Virus record (IMG/VR): IMGVR_UViG_3300005512_005684
Location: 39,003 to 103,002 of that record
DNA from: a virus
Taxonomy: Duplodnaviria > Heunggongvirae > Uroviricota > Caudoviricetes
Direction: 5' to 3' (one strand)
Length of the DNA: 64,000 nucleotides
This document shows positions 43,127 through 56,169 of this stretch, piece after piece. Under the pieces are notes generated by a model that ran no database searches, was not told where the DNA came from, and was given only the letters and a program-made list of their open reading frames with translations. The first letter of the stretch is position 1; each line of letters opens with the position of its first letter. A program made the translations under genes and the position numbers.

Positions 43127-46100
43127 GGAAGCTATGTACAGCGAGATCATAGAACATTCGAGTTGTCTTCACGCGACGAACCCGCGGTGTCCCGGTCGAT
43201 GACGGGGAACGAAACGCGGATTGCGGTCCGTAGAGGCGGAGAGCAACGCGCCGAGGTGCTTTTCGTCGGTGAAGACTTCGACGAAGCCGGATTCGAGGAA
43301 AAGAAACAGCGTCAAGGTATGGAGGAAATTGACGAGCGTGATCTCGTCGAGTTGTTCCAGAGACACACGATAAGTGTGAATTTGGCTCAGATTCTTGACG
43401 AGCGGTGGGAGGTGGTGAAGCGAGGTGTTGAAGAGTTACTTCGCGTGTGTGAGCAGGACGGTGAGATTGCAGAGGGAGACGATGGTGCGAATACTTGGAT
43501 TGAGTTTCGAGTTGCTCGTGACAACGGAAAGGAGAGTTCAGAATGAAGTTTGTCCATCATGGTCGGTACCTGCGTTTGGAATTCGATACGAAGGACGAGA
43601 TACGGCTCTTACAGGAAGGATTGGCCGCGCTCGTGAAGGGGATCGTTGACAAGGAAGAGGCCGGTGAAGAACCGGCACCTTTCCTGGAACTGGAAGCGAC
43701 ACCGCAGGATTATCAGACACGTCTTGCCTGCGTCGGCGTGAATCTTCAAGGCTCCGTGGTGTCTGAGCCGTGGAAATGGGAGAACATGGCTCGAATGGAC
43801 GGGGAAGTGCCGGGTGTGCCGGTGAAGGCTTGGGTGGTTTCCGATGGAAAGAAAGGGGGAGAATGATGTTGATCTTCACGCTTCGACGACCACAACACTT
43901 GATCGGTATTGCTCCGTCTCCGTGTGTGACTGAAGAGGAAATGAATGACTTTCGGGATCAGGTGGGCTTGAGCATTATCAATGACGAGTATCCGATTGTC
44001 GTTTCAGACATCGAGGTAGAGGTTTTCCCCCGGTGGGAAGACGAGCAGATCGATACGATGGTAAAGGAGTGTGCTCAAGAGGTCTTTGGGGGAGATACGG
44101 AACGGGTGGTGTGGGGGCCTGAGGGACAGATTGACGAAAGTGCGTTGAAGGACTTCGCAATGAAGTTTGCAACCCGGTTTCTTCGGGTCCGAGTACAAAG
44201 GTGCAGACAGAGGAAGGGGGAGGATAATGGAGAAACTGATTGAAGCTGGCAACGCAATGGAAGCTGTGCTTGACAGTTTGATCACGGAATTCCATGCAAA
44301 TCCGTTGAACCCGAACGTTGCTTTCATTGTGAATCAGGCAGATCGTGCGTGGACAGGCTGGCGTAAGACTCGTGACAGGTTGGAGAAAGTGGAGGGCGAC
44401 ACGTACGTCGGTATCTATGAGGATCGTCGCCTGGTACACGTAGTCAAGTTCCCAGATCGGATTCGGGCAATTCAGATCGCAATGGGTGCGGTCGATATGA
44501 CGGTCGAGAAACGTCTGGATTGGACGGATTGCGAAGGGATCGTGGTCGCGGGGAAGTGGACAGTCGAAGAGTTTGAGTTTCTTACAGAGTCCGTGAAGCT
44601 CATGGAAGGAAGTGAAGAGGGGCAGATCATTTTCGATGACGTGACCAAGATGTTGTTTGCCATGAAGGAACACGCGGAGGTTCATGTAGCGAAGAAACCG
44701 TACATAGCCGCGGACTGTATGGCTCACAAGCAACAAGTTGGATTCACGTGTGTTACTTGTTTTTCTCGGTACTGTATTTCCCTGGGGTCGATTGTCGGAT
44801 TTGGGAATCGAAAGGATGATCCCGAGGACCCGTGGAACGAGATTGTCGAACTCTTGAAGACCGCGGCTGGCCGCGCTACGTTGGCGGCAAACCTGGTCGA
44901 GAAAATGGAGGGGATTGAAGATGAAGGGGAAGAAAGCGTTCAACTTTCGGTACCGCCCGCACCCGGACGATCCGGTTGAGGAACACGTGGTCCATGCGAA
45001 GAACATTACGATTGCCCGTGGCATGGTTCCACTCGAAGTTATTGAAGACCTTGTGGACATTAACGTGTGGGAGAACGGCGGCTGGAAGTGTATCTCGAAG
45101 GGGAAGAGGTGAAGCATAAGACAGGAGAGATTGAGGTCACGGTTCACCGTTATCCGGGTAATACGGCAAAGGCTAAAGTCAAGACTATTCTGAGTCACAA
45201 TGGCTTGCTGGCCGTTTACAAGGAACTGAATTATGTTCGGTGGATCATTGTTCACGTTCGCACGGGACTGTCTATCCAGTCGGTGACTGCCCGTTATCGA
45301 ACTCGACGTGAAGCGGTACTGGTCATGGATCGAATCGAGGGTCTCGGTTGGGACTGGGATACGTGGACGGACGAGTTACTTAGTAAGTTGAAAAACCGAG
45401 TCAAACAGGAGTTAAAGGTATGAGTAAGCAATCTGGTGAACGGGTACTTGACGGAGTGCAGCGTCAGATCAACGACGCGTTAATGGAAAAGGAGCCGGAG
45501 GAAGTTCTGCTTTCCGTGGACAAGCTACACGCGGACTCCGGTATTCCTAAGAGTATCATCCGTCGTCTGGTCTTTCAGCAAGACGGCGAGAGGATGGAAC
45601 GGGAGAAACCGGAGTGGGCGTGTAGTCAGTGGGGGCAATACGAACACGATTGGATGGACTGCCCAGAATGTATTCAAGCGTACGAGGAAGTCCAGGAAGC
45701 CTTTGAGGGTATCGAAGAACACACCGCGAGGGAGCTAGGGATCGATGGACAGAAAGAAAATTTTAGCGCTACTCAGTAAGCTCGAAGAGGTCGCTTGTAG
45801 CTGTGAGGCCGACATCGGTTGGTCGTGTTACGTTCACGGCGATTTCAATGAACTTCGGCGTGAGTTGAAGGCGGATACGACCGAGCCGAAATGGAAGCGG
45901 GTGTACGCGGGTCCTGAACCTCAATGGCGACGCCGTATATGTGGTGTAGTGTTCGTCATTGACATGGACACGAAAGGTAGATGTTCAGTGACCCGGTTGG
46001 AAGATAGGGAGGATGATTTGGGGGAGAGACAGGTCTATGAGGCGTTTGCTCAGACGTTGGTACTAGCGAAGCGTAAAGCAATGAGGAAAGCTGCGAAACT

Positions 46101-49100
46101 CGCAAAGGGGAATGACAATGGAAGATGATCTACTTACCATGATCTCGTCGAAGGTTGATCTTGACGAGCAAGAGATTGTTGTGACTGCTTCCATCGGTTA
46201 CGAGCACGCATTCAAGTTGGTCGAGTATCTGGAGAGCCGCGGATACAGTGTGACGTGTACGGCCGAGGATGTGAATGGGAACCCCGGCTTTTGTATTCGA
46301 GCTTCTATATGCAAACGCAGGTGACCTGGAGAGTGGGCGAAGTTTGTGTATCCCGATGGTCGGAAAGTTGCGCTTGAGAAAGGACGGATACGGGTGGTGA
46401 AGGAAAATCGGTCGGATGGCATGATGGACCTGGTGTATGAAGTTGCGGACGGGAGTGTCGAGGTGATCACGGTTTGCAAGGTTGAAGGGGGTCAGAATGA
46501 GCGCTCGGGACAGTAATGTTGAGTGTCCGGTCTGCGGAACGCACATGAAAAAGCCGTGGCCGGAAGGCGACTGGCCAAACTGGAAGTGTCGGAACTGTGA
46601 CCTGGAAGTACCTGGAACATTGATGATCGATGGTGAGTGATTGCTCCGCTTTCTCGATACGGTTTCTATTGATCCTCGCAAGTTTCTGGAGTCGTTAGAG
46701 AGATAACATGAGCGACAAGCCAAAATGTACCGCACATGATTGGGACAGGGTGAAGTACACCGGGCTTAGCCAAGTCTTCGGAGCTAGAGGGTTGGATTCA
46801 ACGGCGTGGAAGAACCCTAGTGTTCAATCGTTTGCTTTTGTGGTTGAGTCTTGTGGTAATTGTGTTGGACATCGTGGAACCCCTGTGTTCCAGGTTCCGA
46901 AATTTGAGAAAGCGGCGGCGGGGCCGGCAAGTGATATTGTGAGCCTCAAAGAAAACGTGCTTGAGCAGGTGGTCGAAATGCAGAATGCGTTGGAAGAGGT
47001 GGTGAAGGGGCGTGAAGTGATCAAGCGTCTTATGGTGGTCGATATGAACATGGTGTGTATGTCGTATGAGGAAGATGGAGACCCGTGGATGTCGGTGTTT
47101 AGTCACATCGGGTTGGCGATTTTCTGTGAACCAGGAGAGGGAGCGTAATGGAGAAAGTGTGTGAACGGTGTAGCCGGACGTGTCCCGGAGTCCCATTGTG
47201 CTTGTGTGCGTGTCACCAGATTCGTGGTGACTTCGATTCATGGTGGAATGATGTCGGTCGGTTTCTTGACCCGGATACGTCTGACGTGCCGTGGCATGAC
47301 AAGCTCGAAGGGCTTTGTCATTGGGCGTGGAACGCGGCGCAGGGGAGACACTACGCGGTGGACGGTGAGGAACCGGCACAGGTCACGCAGTTACGGGAGC
47401 TACTCGGGAGCTTGGTGAGGTGCTACGAAGAGGACACGGGAACAGGTCTTGACGATTACGATCAGGACACGACGCAACACGCGGTCTTGAGGTTTCTTAC
47501 GACAGGGGAATATCATGCGCCATCGGCGACGGTCGGAGACTTGGAGGAATCGGTAAGTGAATGAGCGCATCGAGGAGTTGAATCGTCTGATTGACGAGAC
47601 CTATAAGCAGTTCGACGAGGAAGGTCGTGACCCGGACGTGGTAAGGGAGCGTCTGCGAGCTTTACAGACCGAGTGTGCTGAGGAAATGAGGAAGGCTACG
47701 GAACTGGAGAAAGTGAAAAACCGTACGGAGTATCAACGGCTCGTAGATAAGACGGAGCGGTTGCTTTTGGGGAGGGAGAGGAGGAGGCCGATCACGTACC
47801 GAGACCTTTACGAGGAACGATGTCCGTTGTTCGTTATGGCGTTGTGCGGCTGCGAGGGGTCAGTCGATTGGCAATGGGCAATGGATCAACAGAAACCGCG
47901 TGGCTTCCTTCGGATGATCTATCCGTGCGAGAGACATACGGGTAGTGGCAAGTCAATGGAAGATCACATTGCCAAGGAAATTGAAGCGAAGATCAGGAAG
48001 GTGATAGAGGAAGACTTACCGTGACAGGGGAGTAGAATGAAATCCTTGAAACTACCTACGGCGTTAGTCATTCCATACGATGGAAAATGGGCGGCGGTGA
48101 GCTAAACGAAAGAGAGGAACCAATGTCCAGAGTGGAGAGGGACGAACAGGTACATGCAGCCGAGGCAAAGCTCAGGATGGACGCGTACCATGAACATCTT
48201 GAAGTTTCAAGGGCACAAGAGCAGAACGGACAGTTAGCTCAACAGCAGGATACTTCACAAAACTTAATGACCGGGCATGGAACGGAGCAGGTTGCAGGAA
48301 TGACCGGAGTGGTAGTGAACCAGTTCATGGTGCCGCCACCGGATGTAGTAAATGAAGGTCGGTTTCCACCGGGGTCGTATGTGGACATCCTTGCTTGAAC
48401 TTGGAGGGAAGTGAAATGTCAGACTGGACGATTGAGGGAGCCGCAGGTGCGTTCATTATTGCCCGAGGCCGTACGGGTCACGAGAAAGAGGATGGTGAAG
48501 CGTTGGTCAAGTTGATCCGGTTGTGTGCTGCAAAGCTGAGAGGAGACAGAGTAGTCGAAGCGCGAGACGGCCAATGCCCTCAGTGTGGTTTGGAGAGAGG
48601 GTTGAGGGACGGGTACTGCAATCGTTGTGGACATCGTTCAACCGAACCAGTGTGTCCGGCGCTTCGAGCCAACTACGAACAATGTAAGGATGCTTTCGTA
48701 CCGTTCCCTATCGGTGTGTCTCAGGCGTGCAAGTTGGATCGGATGCGGAAGGGTTGCGACTTGATCGAAGGCATGTTTGTGTGTTCGTGTGGTGCGACTC
48801 ACGAGCGAGGACCGGTTAATGGATGCAGCGTGTACCGGTGTCTGAATTGTGGTGTGACAGTGAATATGAGCGCGGTCGATGGGTTCGAGGTCGATGACGA
48901 GGCTGAGCTTCCCGAGGGAATGGCGGAGTTTGTGTGCAATGTTGAAGGGTGGGAAGATGGCGCTATAGAGGCGTTGACTCCTGGTTGTCGTCCACGCGTA
49001 TTCGTGGTTGCTGGAAAGGAGTGGCGTCGGGTGGGAGATAACTTGATTGGCCCTCCGCATGGCGCAGGGGCGTTAGACGGCAGTGTAGGTGTTTACTATT

Positions 49101-52100
49101 CCCCGGTTGAAAAGAAAGGAAGTGCGTGAACCCGAATGAAGTGTCCTCATTGTGATGTGGAACACAGTGACGAGAACAAGTTTTGCTGCAATACTGGAAA
49201 GCCGTTGAAGGGAGAGACGCAACCTGACGATTTGTCCCGACGTTTAGCTGAGTTGGAGTTGGAGGAACGGGAGCATGAGCGAGACATGATAGACGCTCAG
49301 ACAGGGATAGAAATGTTGGCGAAGTTGAAAGAGATGCAACGTCAAGACTGGGAGAAATGTGAGCTTACTAAGATACACCTTCAACGTGAGCGTGAACGGA
49401 AACCGGGACCTATTCAACCTCCGTTGGAGCCGGGGCAAGTAGCCATTGAAATCGGCGACGAAGAGTTGGCGCACCTGGAACGTACGGTTGAGAGCCTGAG
49501 AGACCTTGGCCAGAGGCCGTGTGTCGTATGCCATCATGGTAGAATAATCCACAAGACTGGGGCCGGTGACGTGTTGAACCTCCAGAGTATCAAGGGAGCG
49601 CGGATCGAAGCTGAACCGAAATGCGACCCGAGTAATGTTTACGTCATGGACAAGGATCAGTTGGAGGCTAACAGAAAGAAATGAAGGAAGTGTCTTTGTG
49701 TGCTTTCGTTGTTTACGTGATCATTTCGTTGATCTGGGCGTTTGTTGTGTCCTGTCAGATGTTCCCCGAGGGTAGAGCTTGGGGGTTTTGGGACAGTCTC
49801 CGAGTAGGATTCTCGTGGCCGTTGGATGTTGCGAGAGAGTGGCGAAGACACCGACGCCGGAAGTCACCGTTCAAGTGGAGGAAGCCGCGGTGAACGAGCC
49901 GAAGCCGGTAGTCGTAGGAGGTCCGCTGGACGGGGCGGAGTTGCTGGTCTCAAAGGACGTGACGAAGAACGTGTGTTGGTGGGGTTTTGGACAGTGGTAC
50001 AAGTGGCGGTGGAACGTCACGCATATCGACCTGGGTCCCGTGTCGGTCTATGAGTTGAAGTGCTTTTGGTTCTGGCGTCTCGTGTCGATTCTGATCAAGC
50101 CACTGAGGATGTACTACTCGTGGCGGATACGAAGTGCGAGGAAGAAAGACTGGATTGGTGAAGGTTTGTGAGTGTTAGTGCGATTTCTCCCGTGTTACCG
50201 TTTCGTGCCGTGGATGGACTCTCTTCCATTCACACGTCACACATGGCAATAATCACGGAGAATACGCGGCGAAAGAACTTGGGCTTGGAACCGGTCTATC
50301 CGTTCAATCCGTGGCGACCGATTCCGGCAGACTTGTGCACGACTCCTTTTCTTTCGGTGAGGAAGACGACACCGAAGTCACCCGTGAAGGTCGAACCACT
50401 GGAGATTAACTACGAGGTCGGGTCTCGTTGTGAAAGGTTTCGATGGGAGATAAGACAGTTAGGAGACTCGTTGGGGCCGTGGGCAGTTCAGGGCTTCGTA
50501 TGGGCTATGTGGAAGGGAGTAGGAAATGATCAAACGTCTCACTGAGGAAGCCGTCGCGGAGATCAAGGGTGCTCTGGACGAAGATATGAGACAGGCGATA
50601 GATCGACTCTTGGTACGGCCGTCGGGGTCTGCGTTGTGGAAGAGTGGACATGGGCGTGCGAGGATTATGGCGGTGGTCGATGACGAGTACGTGGTCTTCA
50701 GACACGTCAAGTGTATGCCTGTCTTGTTGACGGTGAAAGACTTTCTCAAAAAGTTCCGTTATGTCGGTCCTAGAAAGTTGAAAGGAGGATGACATGGCAA
50801 AGCAGATAGACGAGAGCACGGCTCACTTTGTGAAACACTTGTCGAGGCTTCCCAGTGGGGAAATCTTCGAGGTGCCGGGTCAAGAACACCAGTTCGTAGT
50901 CACGGAGGGTCTGGTCGGGTGTCTGGTCGATGTACGGGCTCACCGGGACATGACGCTGGACAAAGAGACGGCCTTACAGTTGGCTGGAGACCCGGTGGAA
51001 ATCGTGGACAAAGTACCAGTAGGGGAGGGAGTAGAATGAAGTGCGTAATGTATCGCAGGAGTCTGGAAGTGGTGGTGCAAAATCCACCGGACGAAAGTGG
51101 TGCGATCAGGCCGATATGGCTGATCCAAAAAGATGGCACGATTGAGTGTCAGCGGAACGTTAAGCGACTTGTGCTTCCAGGCGTGGACATAGCGAATGAT
51201 AACCTTTACACGTTTCGGGAGATCGTCGAGGGTCATCTGGGGCGGTTGAAGGAAGAGTCACAAGCCGATCCGCAGGTGATCGTGTCTTTCTTCGGTTGTC
51301 AGCTACAAGGTGAGTTCTGCGCCGCGTTGAATCGACACTTCACGTTTCTCTTTGTCCTGGACTACCAGGTTGGTAAAGAGAACGACATCGGAGAGGTCTT
51401 CCAGCTTGAGAACATGAAGTTCTCGGCTTGTGCGCTTGCGACAGAGAAATCCTCGACGTGGAAGGTCGAGGGGCAGTTCGGTTTCTTTGCCATTGGTAAG
51501 GAGAGGGTATAACAATGCCACATTGTCACAAAGGTGAGGGATACACTGGTGGGGAGCTTCCGTGCGGTCACGGTGTTTTGCTCGAAAGGTACCAAGCCCT
51601 AGAACGGGAGATACGAGATTTTCTTGACAGTGACGAAACGACCGTTGACTACGATGCTCTTAACAAACATCTTCGTAAGATTTCTGTTGAGTGGGCGAAG
51701 CTCAAGGAAAGAGAGGAATAATGCTATGAAAGACTTATCTAGTTTGGAAGGAAAAACGGTGTCTCGTGTAGAGGTGTTGAAGGGATCAAGTTCAGGAGGT
51801 GCGGTTGCTCAGAGTGGTTCTGGGTGTGCAATAGCGGTAGGTTCAGGAGGGGTCGCGGCTCATACGGTTGGAGGGAATGTAGTTGTTGATGGCCGGGTTG
51901 AGAACAAGCCTTGTGTGAAGATATGGTTTGAGGATGGAACTTGCTTAGAGGCCGTGGAGGCGAAGGTTGTTTAAGGAATGGAGAGAGTAATGAAGTACTT
52001 GCTGGCGACAATCGTGGCGTTTGTTCATGCCGGTTTCCCTTGGCTGATCAAATGGTGTGCGGGTAAGTCGGTTGCGGCTCGGGAGTATGCTGGATTCGGT

Positions 52101-53453
52101 GGCTTGGCATTGGTTCTCTACTTGTTCGTTATCGTACTTGTGATCTGTTCGGTCGGACAGTCGTTTGGTCGGTGGTGGAAGGATGTGGAAGAGAGTCAGG
52201 AAGGGAGAATTTAGCGTGAAGGTCAAGAAACTTGTGCGCCATCTTGGGCGTGTGTACGGGGAGCGCTTGCGGGTTCGGTTTGATGGCAAGGTGTATGATG
52301 TTTCGGAGTTCATGGGAGTTGGGTTCGCTGAGGGTGATCGGTACGTGACCGTGTATCATGACTCCGCTATCGTGTGCTCCATGAAGTTCGATGGTGAGAC
52401 AGAGCTAGTCCAGGAGTGGCAAGCCAACGATGATTCGTTTGAGTCAATAATCGAGAGTTTCTGCGATGGGCTTCCGAAGCCTCCGAAGCCGCCTAGAAAG
52501 TTGACTCCGGCGGTGCCGGAAGTTCCTCCGCGTAAGCGAGTGTTTAAGACGAGACGTGATCCGAAAAAGGGAGATTGATCAATGGCTACATTGCACGATG
52601 GTGTGGTGGGTGAAGAACAGGAAGAGTGGAAGCTGATCAAGAGAATCCACGAGTTTCTGGAGAGCGACGAGTATGTCACACCCTCTGGCGTGACACTGAG
52701 ACAGGAACCAGAGCGGCGAGCGTTTATATTTGTGTCTGAGGGTCGAGAACTGACAATGACAATAGCTGATCTGAAGAAGTTGCCCAAGAACATTCGGTCA
52801 ATGTTCGGCCCGAGGGAAGAGTTCGATATGGGAGAGTTCTTTAAGGCACTTGAGGCGCACGTGGTCAATCATCCTGCAATAGAGGGAGGGGTACCAGATG
52901 CTTTGTAAATGTGGACATACAGTGGACGATCATGTTTACCCACGTGGTGGTGATATGCCAGCGGGCGGATGTAAGAGGTGCGATTGTGCGTGCTATGAAG
53001 AGAGGAATAGGGAAGAATTTGATCGTGAAGAAAAGACTTCCCAAAGAATGGTCGCTTCACTCCGCGTTTCCGCAGAGGGTGTAGGAGTTTCAGGGTTGGG
53101 GTAACCGAACCTGGAAGCCGTGATACTGCGTACGGCGAAGCCCTTTTCCATGCCTTGTACGCACTTGTGAAGTTCTGCGTGGGGAACGAATCATGACAGG
53201 AAAGAAAAAGCTCATTCTAGCGTTGGACCCGGATTCTTTCGTGGACGCGTTTGCTGACGAGTTTGCTGAGTATGAGATCGCCAAGCGAATCATCCGTGTC
53301 GTATGTGTCTCTGAGGAAGCTCACACCTTGCTCCTGCGCTCTGGGCAAATGAACAACCGCGCCGGCACGTTGTGGGGAAAGCCGGTGGTGCCGGTCAAAG
53401 ACTTCACAAGAGACGAGGTGGTGATCTTGTCGGAACTGGAATAGGAGAGACCA

Positions 53454-53939
53454 ATGAGACAATCTGTGACTTACGACGACGTGATCGAGTTCTTGAATGA
53501 GTTGTTGGAAATTGATGCGGAAGCCGTTAAGCAGTTGGTGGAAAGTAGAGTGCCGTGCAAAATGTTGCTTGCGGAACACCCGACAGTGCAAGTGCGGGCA
53601 CAAGATGATGAACATTGGGTTGGCTTGCTCGGGATCCTCAATGGACTCTTCGGTACGTACAGGGATGGATGCGGCCCTATCGCGGTGTGCTACGAAGAGT
53701 TCGAGGTTGTCGGGTTTACCAGGACTCGACCGAAGGCGGAGGTTCGATGTCGTGAGCTTGAGGATGTGCTTCGACAGGTGCAATGGACACCAATGGGAGG
53801 CTACAAACAGTCGTCAGTTCCTACGTGTGTCGGGTGCGGTGCAAAGTCTCACGGGGCTTTGAGTACCGAACCACACAAACCGGATTGTCCAGTCAACAAT
53901 GTGTTAAAGGGAGGGGAAGATGATCAGAGCGTTGAATAG
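53454..53939 (+). CDS. phage hypothetical protein with C-terminal Cys motif
   Basis: AGGAG RBS; HPTVQV...VGLLGILNGLFG. Confidence 0.55.
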   Translation: MRQSVTYDDVIEFLNELLEIDAEAVKQLVESRVPCKMLLAEHPTVQVRAQDDEHWVGLLGILNGLFGTYRDGCGPIAVCYEEFEVVGFTRTRPKAEVRCRELEDVLRQVQWTPMGGYKQSSVPTCVGCGAKSHGALSTEPHKPDCPVNNVLKGGEDDQSVE

Positions 53940-54546
53940 TAAGACGAAAATGGAGTGGTGGTGTGAGGAAATTTCGGACGGTGAATTGCCAGTCTTTGAT
54001 TCCGAAGGGAACAATGCGTCTTCAAGTGAAAAAAAGAACCCACCGTCAATTGGTGAGACGTTCGTGATCTCGGAAGAGGGAAATCACGTTCTGAGTGTCT
54101 CAAAGCCGAGGCGTCGATACGTGCCGTTTTTTCCGGTGACGGAGACGGTGAAGAAATCACCGGACGCGGCAATCAGCCGAATCATTCAGCGGGTTGCGGA
54201 CTACGGGGCGAAGCTCGTTTCGTGTTGCCCAAGGGAGAAAATCGTCAAGGCGGTACTCGTCTATAAACCGCCTCAATTCCGTGCGGTTCCAGGAAGCAGC
54301 AATGAGATTGAATCCATCGTGGGAATGGCTATATTTACGAAGAGCTTGAATACTGTGACAGAGACGTTGCGGAATACGATTAGGCAACGAATCGGTTTGG
54401 GCGGTGCGACGGCCTATCGCATTGCCAAGGATGCTGGAGTTGCCCCTGAGATAGTCTCCAGGTTCGTGAAAGGCGAGCGAGGTCTAAGTGGGGAAACGAT
54501 AGATAAGCTGGCCAATAGCCTGGGACTTGCCCTTTCTCAGGTTTAA
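53920..54546 (+). CDS. protein with C-terminal XRE HTH
   Basis: TAYRIAKDAGVAPEIVSRFVKGERGLSGETIDKLANSLGL. Confidence 0.75.
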   Translation: MIRALNSKTKMEWWCEEISDGELPVFDSEGNNASSSEKKNPPSIGETFVISEEGNHVLSVSKPRRRYVPFFPVTETVKKSPDAAISRIIQRVADYGAKLVSCCPREKIVKAVLVYKPPQFRAVPGSSNEIESIVGMAIFTKSLNTVTETLRNTIRQRIGLGGATAYRIAKDAGVAPEIVSRFVKGERGLSGETIDKLANSLGLALSQV

Positions 54547-54600
54547 TTACTTGTTTGTATTTCGGTAGTATTGAGAGCTACTACCGATGGAGGCCCGGAA

Positions 54601-55317
54601 ATGGAAGCCACTATTTGCCCAGACAGGGCGAATCTCGTCCTGGAAAATGTTGGCTTGGTTCACCACGTCCTTGGTAAGATGTCCACTTACCTCCCACCTA
54701 ATCTCGATTACGAGGACTTGGTTCAATCAGGATTGTCCGGTTTGATTGAAGCTGCGAATTCATTCAAGCCGGACAAAGAGATCAAGTTTTCGACCTACGC
54801 GTACATCCGTGTTCGAGGGGCGGTCATAGACATTCTACGTTCTCAGGGGTGGGGCTCCCGCGGCGGTCCAAAGAAAGTGAAGTTGGAAGATTCGTACAAC
54901 CGACATGCGGCACATCTTGGTCGTGAACCGACCATGAGTGAGTTTGCCTTGCACCTGGGTGTTACAGATGCCGAGCTTCACTCGTTACTCGGCGAGAAAT
55001 CTTTCACCGCTTGTATCTCGATTGATGTCTTGAATAAGGGAACGATTGACGTTGACCGGAGGTGCACGAGGGAAAATGTTGATGTGGTCGAACAATTGGA
55101 CTTGAAGGAACGGGAAGAGTATCTGAGAGACGCGTTCGGCAGTCTCAGCGACGAAGAACGAGCAGTCATGATTTTGTATTATGTGGACGATCTTCGACTG
55201 AAGGAAATCGCAGAGGTGTTGGAAGTTACGGAGTCGAGGGTGTCTCAGATACACCGCGAGTGTGTCTTCAAGTTGCGAGCGAGAATGAAGAAACGGTTCG
55301 GTTCTGGGTGGAACTAA
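54601..55317 (+). CDS. fliA: RNA polymerase sigma factor, FliA/WhiG (sigma-28) family
   Basis: DYEDLVQSGLSGLIEA...KFSTYAYIRVRGAVIDILR (region 2); LSDEERAVMILYYVDDLRLKEIAEVLEVTESRVSQIH (region 4). GGAGG RBS before ATG 54601. Confidence 0.88.
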   Translation: MEATICPDRANLVLENVGLVHHVLGKMSTYLPPNLDYEDLVQSGLSGLIEAANSFKPDKEIKFSTYAYIRVRGAVIDILRSQGWGSRGGPKKVKLEDSYNRHAAHLGREPTMSEFALHLGVTDAELHSLLGEKSFTACISIDVLNKGTIDVDRRCTRENVDVVEQLDLKEREEYLRDAFGSLSDEERAVMILYYVDDLRLKEIAEVLEVTESRVSQIHRECVFKLRARMKKRFGSGWN

Positions 55318-55715
55318 TGAAGAAACGGTATAGACGACTTGGACAAGAACGACCCAAAGAACGCAGTCACTACGATGTGTTGCTGGAGGATGTTCGCAGG
55401 CTTGTGTGTGCGTCTCGGCAGCAGGACATACCGATGTTGGAAATGAGAAAGGAGTTGATGGGTACGTTCTGGAAGGTGGGCAAGTGTGTTCATGAACACT
55501 CGGAGGGGGCGACTAACAAGTCGCGGTTCTTCAGAGAATCCATGCCGAGACTTGCTCAAGACTTGCTGAAAGAGTTCGGGTCTCGGTTCTTTTCGGAGTT
55601 GAACCTCCGTGCAATGCGTCAGCTTTACCTCGACCGGAAACACGATGTGTCGCCAAAGGACATACCGTTCGTCGAGCTAGTGAAGCGTCACCGAATGGAG
55701 GAAACGTTGGTTTAG
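55317..55715 (+). CDS. DUF1016 N-terminal (YhcG-N)-like protein
   Basis: YDVLLEDVRRLV...FWKVGK...RLAQDL..EFG..FSELNLRAMRQLY. Confidence 0.7.
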   Translation: MKKRYRRLGQERPKERSHYDVLLEDVRRLVCASRQQDIPMLEMRKELMGTFWKVGKCVHEHSEGATNKSRFFRESMPRLAQDLLKEFGSRFFSELNLRAMRQLYLDRKHDVSPKDIPFVELVKRHRMEETLV

Positions 55716-55746
55716 TTCATACCTCATTGGCTTGGGGGATAGTTCA

Positions 55747-56145
55747 ATGGCGTTACCAGGTTTGCAGATCAAGGATGCCTCGCGTATGACAGGGATCCCG
55801 GATCATACGATTCGGTTTTTGGAAAAGGAGTTCAAGGATTTCTTGCAGCCGAGTCGGACGAACGGGGGTCAACGTCGGTACAGCGACGAAGACATAGCCA
55901 TGCTACGTCGGATTCGGGCGTTGCTCAAGGATAAGGAGTTCACCGTCCAAGGGGCGCGGAAGTACCTGGAGAGTGAACGTGACAAAAAGGAAGTGGTGCA
56001 TCCGGCACAACTCCTGGACGATAGCGATATTGAGCAAATGCTCGATGACATGATGCCGACGATTCGGTCGAAGCTGAAGGCACGAGTGAAATCGGCCACG
56101 GAAGAACTCATGGCCGTCAACCCGGAGACTGCACCAAAGGCTTAG
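55747..56145 (+). CDS. MerR-family transcriptional regulator
   Basis: IKDASRMTGIPDHTIRFLE...PSRTNGGQRRYSDEDI...FTVQGARKYL. Confidence 0.85.
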   Translation: MALPGLQIKDASRMTGIPDHTIRFLEKEFKDFLQPSRTNGGQRRYSDEDIAMLRRIRALLKDKEFTVQGARKYLESERDKKEVVHPAQLLDDSDIEQMLDDMMPTIRSKLKARVKSATEELMAVNPETAPKA

Positions 56146-56169
56146 TTACACCTGACAGGAGAATTGTAG

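Larger units (their letters stand above)
12885..53939 (+). other. run of more than 100 small co-oriented hypothetical, Zn-finger and membrane ORFs (phage accessory region; not all listed individually)
   Basis: Near-continuous + strand tiling with overlapping stop/start codons and GGAG/GAGG RBSs; many CxxC motifs. Confidence 0.7.

Noticed and set aside
38623-45255. Long minus-strand ORFs (38623-39588, 321 aa; 43978-45255, 425 aa) and most other minus-strand ORFs
   Set aside because: They fully overlap well-tiled + strand genes with RBSs and show no recognisable motifs; treated as shadow frames.
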